The notes: generated from the sequence alone by a model not told the origin. A stretch of 64,000 bases of DNA from an uncultured Candidatus Saccharibacteria bacterium (GCA_964575755.1 CAZNRH010000002.1:70351-134350), one strand, 5' to 3'; positions 40,251-50,418 are shown, numbered from the stretch's first letter. Translations and numbers: made by a program.

Positions 40251-40853
40251 TTAATTGTGAGTATTCATGGCGGACACCCTCCCCTCTTCTATAATTGTTT
40301 CTAGTATTTTATTAATAGTATGGGCAATCTTAGGAATAGTTTCCATTTCTTTCTTTCTATAATCCCCTAGTAAGAAATCGAGGACTTTCTTCTCACCCTT
40401 AGGCTTTCGTAATTTACCGCTTGGAGTTGTTGGCGCGACTCCAACCCGTATCCGTATAAAATCTTTTGTTTTTATTGCGCGGATGACTGACTCCAATCCA
40501 TTATGTCCTCCACTCCCTCTACTAAATGCAATCTTTGTACTACCAAACGGCAAATCAATATCGTCGTAAATCACAACAAGTTTCTCTGCCTTTTTTTTAC
40601 TAGTTACTAAAGCTTTAAGAGTAACGCCTGATTTATTCATAAACAGCTCTGGAAGTACAAGAGTCACTGAGTGCTTACCTATTTTACCTTTTGATACTAA
40701 GTATGATTTTTTCTTTGTATCTTTTGAATTTACTTCCCAATCTGAAAAACCATTTTTTTTAGCAAACTTCTCAACCAAAATACGTCCAGTATTGTGTCGA
40801 GACATTTCATATTCTTCTCCAGGATTTCCTAGACCTACAATTATGTATGACAT
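40251..40853 (-). CDS. pth: Peptidyl-tRNA hydrolase
   Basis: GLGNPG, RHN, FMNKSG, GGHNGL. Confidence 0.96.
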   Translation of the reverse strand: MSYIIVGLGNPGEEYEMSRHNTGRILVEKFAKKNGFSDWEVNSKDTKKKSYLVSKGKIGKHSVTLVLPELFMNKSGVTLKALVTSKKKAEKLVVIYDDIDLPFGSTKIAFSRGSGGHNGLESVIRAIKTKDFIRIRVGVAPTTPSGKLRKPKGEKKVLDFLLGDYRKKEMETIPKIAHTINKILETIIEEGRVSAMNTHN

Positions 40854-41040
40854 TACTCAGAATAATATCACGAAGTGCGAGATTTTATACCAAACCTTAA
40901 CAACACGAAATCAATTATTGTGTCAAACGATTCTTTGTAATACAATAGCTTCATCATGTTCATTAATATTGTGTTTAAAAAATATTTGTACGAGCCTAGC
41001 TTATTGTTATCAGATAACTACCTAGTACTTTAAAAACACA

Positions 41041-41736
41041 ATGATTGAACCCAACAAAAACAACCCAAATGCAGAAGATAATCTAGCAATATCAAGTGCT
41101 CGTTCTAATAACACTGAGAAAGACGCTGTAATTGTTGAGTCTCATTCAAAAGAAAAAAGCTCCCCCACACCACCAGGCATGCATGGTGATCAGCAAGAAA
41201 AGAGTGAGAACTTTGGTCTTGAAATACTTAAGATAGTTGTCCTAGCGATTATTATAGTTACTCCTGTGCGCTTATTTATAGCCCAGCCATTTATTGTTGA
41301 GGGAGCATCAATGGATTACACATTTGCGAGTGGTGAGTATCTTATTGTAGACCAGTTAAGTTATCGGTTTACTGAACCTGAACGTAATGATGTTATTGTA
41401 TTTCGCTTTCCACTAGAACCTTCTAAGTTTTTCATTAAAAGAATTATTGGATTACCGAATGATAAAATAGTTATGCAGGGAAACACAACGACGATTATCA
41501 ATGAAGAAAATCCAGAAGGCTTTATCATAGACGAAAGCTATCTGTCTCCCGAAAATGTCGAACACAGCCCTTTCACTATCACACTCGAAGATGATGAATA
41601 TTTCGTATTGGGTGACAACAGGAGGAAAAGCTACGACTCTAGAGCATGGGGTACACTCGATAGAGACAGTATCACTGGGCGAGTGTTTATCAGACTATTC
41701 CCTATTACCAAGCTAAACCTATTCCCAGGTAAATAA
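41041..41736 (+). CDS. lepB: Signal peptidase I
   Basis: GASM, FIKRIIGLP, LGDNR..SYDSR. Confidence 0.95.
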   Translation: MIEPNKNNPNAEDNLAISSARSNNTEKDAVIVESHSKEKSSPTPPGMHGDQQEKSENFGLEILKIVVLAIIIVTPVRLFIAQPFIVEGASMDYTFASGEYLIVDQLSYRFTEPERNDVIVFRFPLEPSKFFIKRIIGLPNDKIVMQGNTTTIINEENPEGFIIDESYLSPENVEHSPFTITLEDDEYFVLGDNRRKSYDSRAWGTLDRDSITGRVFIRLFPITKLNLFPGK

Positions 41737-41740
41737 AAAT

Positions 41741-42910
41741 ATGATACCAACTGCACAAACATCACATAAAACTACTGACAAGGCTATTAAAAATGCTACG
41801 GGTATAGCTGAGTACTATGGCTTCTTACCAACAGACCTGATCATGCCAGAGTATAACACCAAGAAGCGTTCTAAACTACCTCAACATACAAGCTATTCAA
41901 ATACTTTTGATAACGATTTAGCTTCTATCATACGTTCACATATTGAACACGGCCATACTAAACTTACGCAACCAACTCTTTTACATAACATCAACACTAA
42001 TCCTAAAGACTCAAATAAGGTTAATTTTGAGCTTCACATACTTGGCACATCGAGCAGTATCGCAGAAGCTACACTTATAAAGACAGCTCTTTCAATACTA
42101 GAGGACCTTGGTATATCTAATCACCGTGTATATATAAACAGTATCGGCGACAGAGATTCGACCACACGATTTACAAAAGAGCTTACTGACTACCTACGTA
42201 AAAACATGGGTGAAATGCCGTCTAGCTCGCGACAGGCAATGAAAAAAGATACCTTTACTGCATATGGCCAACTTCTTAAGAAAGGGCATGAACTATGCTC
42301 TAGCGCACCAAGTACTGTTGAGTTTCTTACCGAGGCAAGTCGGGCACATCTACAAGAAGTACTCGAATATCTAGAGATAACTGAAGTTGATTATGAACTT
42401 GACCCATCTATTATTGGACACTGTGACTGTTATTCAAAAACTATGTTCGAGATACGTGGAGTGCCAGACAACGAAGAAGACGAATTTATAGTATTTGCTC
42501 GTGGAGGCAGATATGACGAACTGTCTAAAAAAGCTTTCCGTAGGAGTGTCCCAGCCACAAGTATCGTATTTGAATATGAGAAAAAGGGACGTGTGTTGAA
42601 AACACCTAAAGCACCTAAAAATAAAAAACCAAAGTTTTACTTCATCCAGTTAGGCTCAGAAGCACAAATAAGAAGCTTCGCAGTTGTTGAAATGCTCCGT
42701 AAAACGAAGATGCCAATATATCAATCTCTGGGCAGAGACCAGTTGTCATCACAGCTTGAACTCGCTGGTGAGCTTGCGATACCCTACTGCATCATTATGG
42801 GACACAAAGAAGCTCTCGAAGGTACTGTTATTGTGCGTAATATAGATACAAGAGCACAAAATATAATCCCCTTGGAAGAACTCCCTAAATACCTTAAAAC
42901 AATCAAGTAA
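41741..42910 (+). CDS. HisRS-like protein, apparently degenerate (anticodon-binding C-terminus)
   Basis: INSIGD, YSKTMFE, GGRYD present; motif 2 FRYERPQ absent. Confidence 0.75.
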   Translation: MIPTAQTSHKTTDKAIKNATGIAEYYGFLPTDLIMPEYNTKKRSKLPQHTSYSNTFDNDLASIIRSHIEHGHTKLTQPTLLHNINTNPKDSNKVNFELHILGTSSSIAEATLIKTALSILEDLGISNHRVYINSIGDRDSTTRFTKELTDYLRKNMGEMPSSSRQAMKKDTFTAYGQLLKKGHELCSSAPSTVEFLTEASRAHLQEVLEYLEITEVDYELDPSIIGHCDCYSKTMFEIRGVPDNEEDEFIVFARGGRYDELSKKAFRRSVPATSIVFEYEKKGRVLKTPKAPKNKKPKFYFIQLGSEAQIRSFAVVEMLRKTKMPIYQSLGRDQLSSQLELAGELAIPYCIIMGHKEALEGTVIVRNIDTRAQNIIPLEELPKYLKTIK

Positions 42911-42965
42911 TTAACGCTTTTACTGGCTTGATAACTTTTAACTCACATGTTACAGTACTCTGACA

Positions 42966-43214
42966 ATGATTAATGTAGAAGTAACAAAAAACAATAACGA
43001 AAACACCACAAGCCTCATCCGTCGCTTCACTAAGCGAGTGCAAGGTTCTGGTGTCTTACCAAAGGTTCGTAAAATACGCTATGCTCAGAGGAAACCTTCT
43101 GATTTTAAAAAGAAAGAAGGAACACTACGAAAGATCGAACGTAAGGCAAAATTTGAAGAACTATACAAACAAGGAAAGGTAGAACTACGAAGAGGTCGTG
43201 GACGAAAGCGCTAA
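42966..43214 (+). CDS. rpsU: 30S ribosomal protein S21-like
   Basis: NENTTSLIRRFTKRVQGSG, basic. Confidence 0.75.
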   Translation: MINVEVTKNNNENTTSLIRRFTKRVQGSGVLPKVRKIRYAQRKPSDFKKKEGTLRKIERKAKFEELYKQGKVELRRGRGRKR

Positions 43215-43223
43215 ACCATACCA

Positions 43224-43610
43224 ATGAAAAATTCTAATTTTTCAATAACTAAGACAGTTAAAGGCAAGCTTCCAAGCTTGCCTTTTGCTGATATGAAAGA
43301 CTCTGTTTTAGGGAAAGACTATGAGTTAAGCCTTGTATTTATTGGTGACAAACGCTCTCAAACACTAAACAAAAAATACCGAAACAAAGACTACGTGCCA
43401 GATATTCTTTCATTTCCCTATGATAAAAAAGAAGGAGAAATTTTCATAAACCCAAACAAAGCGCGAAAGCGCGCTAAAGATTTCGACATGACTGAGAAAA
43501 GATTTATAGGATATTTGTTTATCCACGGATTGCTTCATTTGAAAGGACTCCGTCATGGTAGTACAATGGATAAAACGGAGCTTGCGTATTTACAACGTTT
43601 TCACACTTAA
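43224..43610 (+). CDS. ybeY: rRNA maturation RNase YbeY
   Basis: LNKKYR.KD..DILSF, HGLLHLKG.H. Confidence 0.92.
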   Translation: MKNSNFSITKTVKGKLPSLPFADMKDSVLGKDYELSLVFIGDKRSQTLNKKYRNKDYVPDILSFPYDKKEGEIFINPNKARKRAKDFDMTEKRFIGYLFIHGLLHLKGLRHGSTMDKTELAYLQRFHT

Positions 43611-43710
43611 CGTTTTAATTAACATTTGTTAATTATATCCTTCACTGGCTTGCTCTACTTTTCAAGAAATAGAGCCTTTTTTATTATAGAGACGAGAAAT
43701 CAATATATTT

Positions 43711-44877
43711 ATGTCACGAAACATCATCACAGGTATAGACATCGGAACCTATCAGGTGAAGATTATCATTGCTGAATACAGTAAGGATAATCAGCTACCT
43801 CGTATTATAGGCACTGGATTTGCTGAATCAAAAGGCCTTCGACATGGATATATAATCAATTCTAACGATATTGTGAAAAGTATTCACAGTGCAGTAGAGC
43901 AAGCAGAGAAGAAAGCACGAGTACACATAAAGCACGCTTATCTTTCAATAGGAGGTATCGGACTTGAAGAAATTAAATCAAAAGGAGAGATAGTCATAAC
44001 GCGAGCAGACGGTGAGATTACAGACCTTGATATAAAGAAGGCGTTGGAAGTGAGTGAAGACAAAATCTCTCCCAAAATAGCTAATAGGAAAATAATCCAT
44101 GCTATACCGGTGAAGTTTAAAATAGACGGAGAGACAGTACTCGGGCGCCCTGTTGGCATGAATGGTTCACAGCTAGAAGTAGAGACCCTCTTCATAACTT
44201 GCCTTGAGCAACACCTTAATGATCTTATACAGGCAGTTGAAGACGCTGGTGTTGAAGTAGACGACGTAATGGCTTCCCCTATCGCGGCAAGCCTTGTCAC
44301 TTTGACAAAAACACAAAAGATAGCAGGTTGTGTCTTAGCAAACATTGGTTCTGAGACAGTCTCTATTGTGGTGTTTGAAGATAACATCCCTATCTCACTT
44401 AAAGTATTTCCTATCGGCTCAACAGACATAACGAACGATATCGCACTCGGACTTAAGGTATCTCTTGAGGAAGCAGAACAAATAAAAAAAGGTGCCATAA
44501 CAGGAGCCGACTATCCTAAAAAGAAACTTGATGAAATAATTGTTGCACGACTTTCTGATATCTTTGAACTTATCGAAAACCATCTCAAGAAAATTGGTAA
44601 AAACGGACTGCTTCCAGCTGGCATAATAATGACAGGTGGCGGTTCGGGTATTACAACCATAGAAGACTTAGCGCGCGCAGCATTAAAACTCCCATCCAAG
44701 CTAGCGGACCCACACTTTGGAGAGAACGCAAAAATAAAAGACGCCTCTTGGGCAGTGTCATATGGGCTTTGTATTTGGGGACTAACAGCTGATAAAAGCG
44801 ACGGCCCTATTGGAATAGATCTCGCCCGAAAGACTGGTAACAACCTCCTTTACTGGGTTAAGCAATTTCTACCTTAA
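43711..44877 (+). CDS. ftsA: Cell division protein FtsA
   Basis: GIDIGT, ITNDIA, AEQIK, TGGGS. Confidence 0.95.
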   Translation: MSRNIITGIDIGTYQVKIIIAEYSKDNQLPRIIGTGFAESKGLRHGYIINSNDIVKSIHSAVEQAEKKARVHIKHAYLSIGGIGLEEIKSKGEIVITRADGEITDLDIKKALEVSEDKISPKIANRKIIHAIPVKFKIDGETVLGRPVGMNGSQLEVETLFITCLEQHLNDLIQAVEDAGVEVDDVMASPIAASLVTLTKTQKIAGCVLANIGSETVSIVVFEDNIPISLKVFPIGSTDITNDIALGLKVSLEEAEQIKKGAITGADYPKKKLDEIIVARLSDIFELIENHLKKIGKNGLLPAGIIMTGGGSGITTIEDLARAALKLPSKLADPHFGENAKIKDASWAVSYGLCIWGLTADKSDGPIGIDLARKTGNNLLYWVKQFLP

Positions 44878-45029
44878 AGCGTAAGCAAGATGTGTATTTT
44901 ACATACTCTTCATTTAAGCCCGTAACAAAGCCGTCAATACCAGAACAAAACAAAAAAATGTCAACGGGTTCACTTTTTTCTTTTGTCTGTGTATGATTGT
45001 GCTACTTTATATACTTAAGGAGAATATGA

Positions 45030-45150
45030 ATCCCGTTAGAGACCGCGGTCGCGAAACAGGAAAAAATAGTTATGAGTAATAGTCGAATTTATATTTATAA
45101 AACATTAACAACACAGGCAGCGAAAACCGCGACCTGTCTCTAAACGGGAT
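45030..45150 (+). repeat. Start-codon hairpin element, copy 5
   Basis: AAGGAG-AAT-ATGA-ATCCCGTTAGAGAC...ACCT-GTCTCTAAACGGG-ATGA at ftsZ. Confidence 0.9.
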
Positions 45151-46342
45151 GAAAAAAATACAACCAGACGTTGAAGCATTTGCACGAATACGAGTAGTTG
45201 GAGTAGGAGGTTCAGGAAACAACGCTGTTAATCACATGATTAACACGAAAGTAACCGGTGTCGATTTTGTATCAATAAACACTGACGCACAAGCACTACA
45301 TGGCTCAACCGCAAAGAAGAAGATTCACATCGGTAAAAATCTTACACGAGGTCTTGGAACAGGCATGAACCCAGAAATGGGAAAGCAGGCAGCAGAAGAA
45401 ACGAAAGAAGAAATCCAAGAAGCTGTTAAAGGTTCTGACATGGTTTTCGTAACCTATGGAGCTGGTGGAGGAACTGGTACAGGAGCAGCTCCTGTGGTAG
45501 CTAAGATAGCGCGAGATTCAGGAGCACTGACCGTAGCTGTTGTTACTAAGCCTTTTTCTTTTGAAGGACAACAGAGAATGCGCTTAGCAGAACTTGGACT
45601 TGAAGAAATCAAAAAAGAAGTAGATGCGCTTATAGTTATCCCTAACGACCGACTACTTGCTGTTGTACAGCGTGAGACCTCTGTCAAAAATGCATTTGCA
45701 ATGTGTGACGACATACTAAAGCAAGCTGTTGAAGGTATTTCAGACCTTATTACCATGCCAGGAATAATTAATGTCGACTTCGCAGACGTTCGCGCTGTTA
45801 TGGACAATGCTGGTTCGGCTCTTATGGGTATCGGAACAGCTACAGGTGAGAAACGAACTGAAGATGCTGCTAAAGCAGCTATCAGCTCACCTCTTCTTGA
45901 AGTTTCAATAGCAGGAGCTAAAGGAGTATTGTTCTCAGTTGCAGGTGGTGATGACCTCTCAATGCTTGAAATTCAAGACGCAGCTAAGGTAATTACAGAA
46001 TCAATTGATCCAAACGCAAAGGTTATCTTTGGAACAGTACAAGATGACAAACTTAAGAAGAATGAAGTAAAGGTGACCGTTATCGCAACAGGATTCCCTG
46101 AAAATTCAATGCCGTCAGGAAAAAGCTCTTCCCTATTCCAGCTTCCAAAGAAGGATGCAGAAAAAACAGAAGAAAAAAAAGAAAGTAAAATTTATAATTC
46201 AGTAGCAAAGTTAACAAACGACCCTAAAAAAACAGACAAGAAAGATGATGCAAAGAAAGACGGAGATGTAAAAAAAGATGATACAGATGATGACGACTGG
46301 GGCGCAGTTCCAGCATTTTTGCGACGGTCGAAGTTAAAGTAA
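45149..46342 (+). CDS. ftsZ: Cell division protein FtsZ
   Basis: GGGTGTG signature, NVDFAD, C-terminal VPAFLRR. Confidence 0.98.
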   Translation: MKKIQPDVEAFARIRVVGVGGSGNNAVNHMINTKVTGVDFVSINTDAQALHGSTAKKKIHIGKNLTRGLGTGMNPEMGKQAAEETKEEIQEAVKGSDMVFVTYGAGGGTGTGAAPVVAKIARDSGALTVAVVTKPFSFEGQQRMRLAELGLEEIKKEVDALIVIPNDRLLAVVQRETSVKNAFAMCDDILKQAVEGISDLITMPGIINVDFADVRAVMDNAGSALMGIGTATGEKRTEDAAKAAISSPLLEVSIAGAKGVLFSVAGGDDLSMLEIQDAAKVITESIDPNAKVIFGTVQDDKLKKNEVKVTVIATGFPENSMPSGKSSSLFQLPKKDAEKTEEKKESKIYNSVAKLTNDPKKTDKKDDAKKDGDVKKDDTDDDDWGAVPAFLRRSKLK

Positions 46343-46433
46343 ACTTCGATTCGCAAAAATGCGAACTGCGCCCCAGTGGGGCACAAAAATGTAAAAAAAT
46401 GAAGCCAATGCTTCATTTTTTTACATTTTTGTG

Positions 46434-46534
46434 AGACGGAGCGATGTTTTGTTTTCCATTTTTACTAGAAAACAAAACCGCGAGTCCGGAGAGGAAGTTC
46501 TTAACAAGCGTAGCGAGTTTAGAAACTTGACCTC
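46434..46534 (+). ncRNA. tRNA-associated structured element, copy not next to a tRNA gene
   Basis: AGACGGAGCGATG..CCGCGAGTC-CGGAGAGGAAGTTCTTA..TAGAAACTTGACCTC. Confidence 0.7.
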
Positions 46535-46650
46535 AGTTCCAGCTTTCCTACATTGTAAGCAAAAAACACCTCACTTTGTGAGGTGTTTTTGTGTTATTAT
46601 ATATTTTACTTACATTCGTAATTCATTATTCTTAATTCATAATTCTTAAC

Positions 46651-47694
46651 ATGTACGATTTAGCAATTATTGGAGGAGGACCAGGAGGAACAGCAGCAGG
46701 AGTATACGCTTCTCGTAAACACCTTAAAACAGTATTTATAACCAAAGAATGGGGTGGACAAAGTGTCGTATCAACTGATATACAAAACTGGATAGGTACC
46801 ACTTCTATCTCAGGAACAGACCTCGCAAAGAACCTCCAAACTCACCTAGAAACATACGCGAACGAAATAGTAGACATAGTTTCAAACACGTGTGTGACGT
46901 CCGTAGAGAAAATCGACGGAGGTTACAAAGTATCTCTCGATAATAACGAATCACACGAAGCAAAGACACTCCTCGTAACAGCAGGGGCCCATAGACGCAA
47001 GCTAAAAGTGCTAGGAGCAAAAGAGTTTGACCAAAAAGGTCTCACTTATTGTGCGTCTTGCGATGGCCCCCTGTTTTCTGGACAAGATGTGGTAGTTATA
47101 GGAGGAGGGAACGCAGGCTTTGAGACTGCAGCACAGCTTCTCGCTTATGCTAAGAGTGTCACCTTACTCAACAGAAGTGATGCCTTTAAAGCAGACCCAG
47201 TGACAGTAAAGAAAGTGCTCGCTAATGAAAAAATGACCGCTCTCTTAAACGCTGACATTTCAGAAGTAGTCGGTGACAAGTTCGTAACAGCAGTTAAATA
47301 TAAAGACACGAAGACAAGTGAAGAAAAAGAGTTATTAGTCACAGGAGTATTTGTAGAGATAGGGCTAGTACCAAACACCGATTTCCTTGGAGGCCTCGTA
47401 GAGCTCGACAATATCAAACGCATTAAGGTAGACCCAAAGACACAAAAAACCATCCTTACAAACCAAACACTAAAAATGACGTCAGGTGCAAGGCATGGAG
47501 AAAGCGAGGGCGGAGACGAAGCTGGTGCTTCGGCGACTGAGGAGCAGAGGCTCCATAACGAAGCAGATGATGTTATTTCTGGTATTTGGGCTGCTGGAGA
47601 TTGTGCAGATGGTTTATACCAGCAAAACAATATCGCCGTCGGCGACTCTATTAAGGCTTTAGAAGACATCTACAACCACCTTCATACTAAGTAA
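46651..47694 (+). CDS. trxB: Thioredoxin reductase-like FAD oxidoreductase with in-frame insertion
   Basis: GGGPGG, YCASCDG, IGGGNAG, GIWAAGD. Confidence 0.88.
   Translation: MYDLAIIGGGPGGTAAGVYASRKHLKTVFITKEWGGQSVVSTDIQNWIGTTSISGTDLAKNLQTHLETYANEIVDIVSNTCVTSVEKIDGGYKVSLDNNESHEAKTLLVTAGAHRRKLKVLGAKEFDQKGLTYCASCDGPLFSGQDVVVIGGGNAGFETAAQLLAYAKSVTLLNRSDAFKADPVTVKKVLANEKMTALLNADISEVVGDKFVTAVKYKDTKTSEEKELLVTGVFVEIGLVPNTDFLGGLVELDNIKRIKVDPKTQKTILTNQTLKMTSGARHGESEGGDEAGASATEEQRLHNEADDVISGIWAAGDCADGLYQQNNIAVGDSIKALEDIYNHLHTK
47463..47589. repeat. Palindromic element translated in frame within trxB
   Basis: CCAAACACTAAAAATGACGTCA / TGATGTTATTTCTGGTATTTGG arms. Confidence 0.8.
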
Positions 47695-47750
47695 GTTTAA
47701 AATACCAAAAAGCCCACAATTCTTGTAGAATTGTGGGCTTTTACAGCTTA

Positions 47751-48932
47751 TTACTTTATCGCCTCTTGCTTATTCACAAGAGTTACCAGAAGTGAAGAAA
47801 CTGCTGCGAGTACAAAAGCAATTTTAAGACTAAAGAAAAGTACCATAACAGATATAAGTGCAAGCATGAGCACGTACCCTATCATTACAGATATCTCTTT
47901 CAAGACAGTAAATTCGTCTACGTAATGCCCATTATCTGCTGCTACGTCATATGTAGTAGCATCAACTGATAAACGATTCACAGCTCGTCCCATCTTATGA
48001 TATGTATCAAACAAGAACACCTGAAAACTCGACTCTATAAATAATTTAATAATCCACCCTGTCGTATTTAATATAGAGCCAATAGTAACCACTCGTTTTT
48101 TATTCCAACGGTCTAGTAAATCTCCTATAAAGAAACGTACAACAACAATCAAAAATATTGTGATTGACGACACAACACCTACAGCTAAGAATTTTCCCTT
48201 TAAAAGAAGGAAAATAAATATTGGCCAAATAATTACAGTCACACCAGACTGAGCACCATCAGCGGTATACCCTATTAGAAGCGAACGGTTTTCTTTACTA
48301 AAGAGCCTCCTAAATGTCTCGAAATATCCAAAAGAGAACTTTTCATATTGTTCACGAAGGAAGAATAGTGGAATAACCGCAAAGAGAAGAATGCCAAGAG
48401 ATATAATGAAAAGATTATTAAATCCATAAGTAGCAATAATAAATCCACCAAACAGTGGCACCATTATCCCAATAGTCTGAAAGACAGCAAGAAGTATCGA
48501 CATCTGGCGACCACGTGTTTTCTTGTCAGTAAACTTAGCGAAATCAACATGGTACGGTACCCAATAAAGAGCTTTAAATAACGCTATACTAAAAATAAAC
48601 CCAGTGAGTGCATATAAAGGATTACGGTCCCAAAGAAGCATAGAGAGAACTTCACCGAAAAGAAACGGCATTGCAAACATCATCATCCTCTTCATACCAA
48701 GTACAGATATAAGACGAGCACTTAATGGAGTGAGTATTATAGTAAGTGCAAATATCGCAATAAATATTATAACCACCTTTGATACAGACTGGTTAAACTT
48801 ACCAAAAAGAAAGATAATCTCAAAAAGTCCAATGATTCCAATTCCAAGAAGAATGAGAATCCTGTTTAGATATAGCGCAAGAATATTAAAAGAGAAGTGC
48901 ACTCCTTGATAATCTTTAAGACCGAGTTTCAT
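47751..48932 (-). CDS. MFS transporter
   Basis: About 12 hydrophobic segments, GDLLDRWNKK loop motif. Confidence 0.85.
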   Translation of the reverse strand: MKLGLKDYQGVHFSFNILALYLNRILILLGIGIIGLFEIIFLFGKFNQSVSKVVIIFIAIFALTIILTPLSARLISVLGMKRMMMFAMPFLFGEVLSMLLWDRNPLYALTGFIFSIALFKALYWVPYHVDFAKFTDKKTRGRQMSILLAVFQTIGIMVPLFGGFIIATYGFNNLFIISLGILLFAVIPLFFLREQYEKFSFGYFETFRRLFSKENRSLLIGYTADGAQSGVTVIIWPIFIFLLLKGKFLAVGVVSSITIFLIVVVRFFIGDLLDRWNKKRVVTIGSILNTTGWIIKLFIESSFQVFLFDTYHKMGRAVNRLSVDATTYDVAADNGHYVDEFTVLKEISVMIGYVLMLALISVMVLFFSLKIAFVLAAVSSLLVTLVNKQEAIK

Positions 48933-48982
48933 ACTTAATACAAAATTTATGTTTTTATAAGAATAACACAGTCTAATCTGCG

Positions 48983-49429
48983 CTATTCATCAAATCCATA
49001 TCCCCACCCCCACGGTACAAGTGGATTAGGAAAACCAAAAGCTCTAACACCAATATACATAATATCTCCCATAAGTGGCACCCGTTCATTCACCCGCTCA
49101 CGGAGTTCATCATCGGCTTGTTTCCTTTCTTCAAGACTCCCACCTCTCCAGTATTTAATATCGTGCTCAATACATATGTCCGTAAAGTCTTTATTAAAAA
49201 AACCATTGATCCACAAACTACATCCATCTGTATGAAATTCTTCTGTAGGCACCGCTTCGGTTTTACTATTAGCTATTTCTACAAGTTCATCAACATCCTC
49301 TGGTTCAAATTGCTGGTCAAAATAAACAAAAGATACCAAGATCAGTATCAGACCTGCCCATATAATTATTTTACTTTTTATAATCTTTTTCCACGACTGT
49401 GGTCGGGATTTCGATTGTGATCTCAACAT
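48983..49429 (-). CDS. Membrane-anchored phospholipase A2-like protein
   Basis: DGCS...C.EHD..YW.GG...AD..L. Confidence 0.55.
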   Translation of the reverse strand: MLRSQSKSRPQSWKKIIKSKIIIWAGLILILVSFVYFDQQFEPEDVDELVEIANSKTEAVPTEEFHTDGCSLWINGFFNKDFTDICIEHDIKYWRGGSLEERKQADDELRERVNERVPLMGDIMYIGVRAFGFPNPLVPWGWGYGFDE

Positions 49430-49552
49430 ATTTTTATATTTTCTTGTATTTTACTCTTTCTGGGGGTATACTTACTTTATCTAGTGGTTTATTCATGAAA
49501 CTGTTAGGGTTCTACATCTTAGGGTCGCCTTCTTCACGGAGGGCGATTTTGT

Positions 49553-50149
49553 TTATGTATCAGACTTCCTGTCACTATTTTCTTCTCTATGTTTAAGCTC
49601 ACGACCCCATATATCCGCATTTACTTTTAAAACATCCGTGTATCCATCGGCGCCAGTCCGTAATTCTTGTGAAATATTATTTCTTGAAGAATATATAAAT
49701 ACCTTTTTCCCAGCATTTCTTATGTATCTAATGAGACCAAGAAAATCTGAATCACCAGTAAAAAATATCGCTATATCATAATTATTTTTGTTATGTATAG
49801 CGTCAATAGTTATCTCAACGTCCATATCACCTTTTTCTTGTATTACACCACCCTCTTCTGTTGAAATGTTTATCCTTTTTAATTGTTTTTTGCGTACATT
49901 AAAATTAAGACCTTTTTTAAGATATGTATAAAATTTATGCTTACCATCTAAACTATAATCTCTGGTTCCTTTTGCTGGGTATGCTGTATAATAGAAAACT
50001 TCCAAATGTTTTGTCTTATGTTCATCTCTTAAATAACTCTTTAACTTCTCATAATCAAAAGTCATACCTTTAGCTTTTTGGGCTTGCCATATATTAGAAG
50101 CATCTATAAAAACATACGCAGTATTCGTTTGTTTATCTTTTCTAAACAT
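49553..50149 (-). CDS. NYN domain (LabA-like) protein
   Basis: FIDASN, KGDMDVEITID, TGDSDF. Confidence 0.9.
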   Translation of the reverse strand: MFRKDKQTNTAYVFIDASNIWQAQKAKGMTFDYEKLKSYLRDEHKTKHLEVFYYTAYPAKGTRDYSLDGKHKFYTYLKKGLNFNVRKKQLKRINISTEEGGVIQEKGDMDVEITIDAIHNKNNYDIAIFFTGDSDFLGLIRYIRNAGKKVFIYSSRNNISQELRTGADGYTDVLKVNADIWGRELKHREENSDRKSDT

Positions 50150-50159
50150 AACTTAGATG

Positions 50160-50414
50160 TTATTTTACATGAACGTATATAACATTCCACCAATGCTTAC
50201 CCTTCTTAAAACCAATCCATGCCCCAGCCATCATCAAAACTACCGCACCAGTGTTGTGAATCATTTCCCAAGTTTCCCATGACAGCCCCATACCCCATCG
50301 TTCAAAATCAGACACCAGTAAAGCTATTATAGGGATCTCCAACACAGCATGTAAAAGAAAGCTGACCAAGACTCCAAGGAGTGTAAACAATAGTATGTAA
50401 ATAGGTTTCTTCAT
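50160..50414 (-). CDS. Small membrane protein
   Basis: 84 aa, two TM segments. Confidence 0.65.
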   Translation of the reverse strand: MKKPIYILLFTLLGVLVSFLLHAVLEIPIIALLVSDFERWGMGLSWETWEMIHNTGAVVLMMAGAWIGFKKGKHWWNVIYVHVK

Positions 50415-50418
50415 ATTT

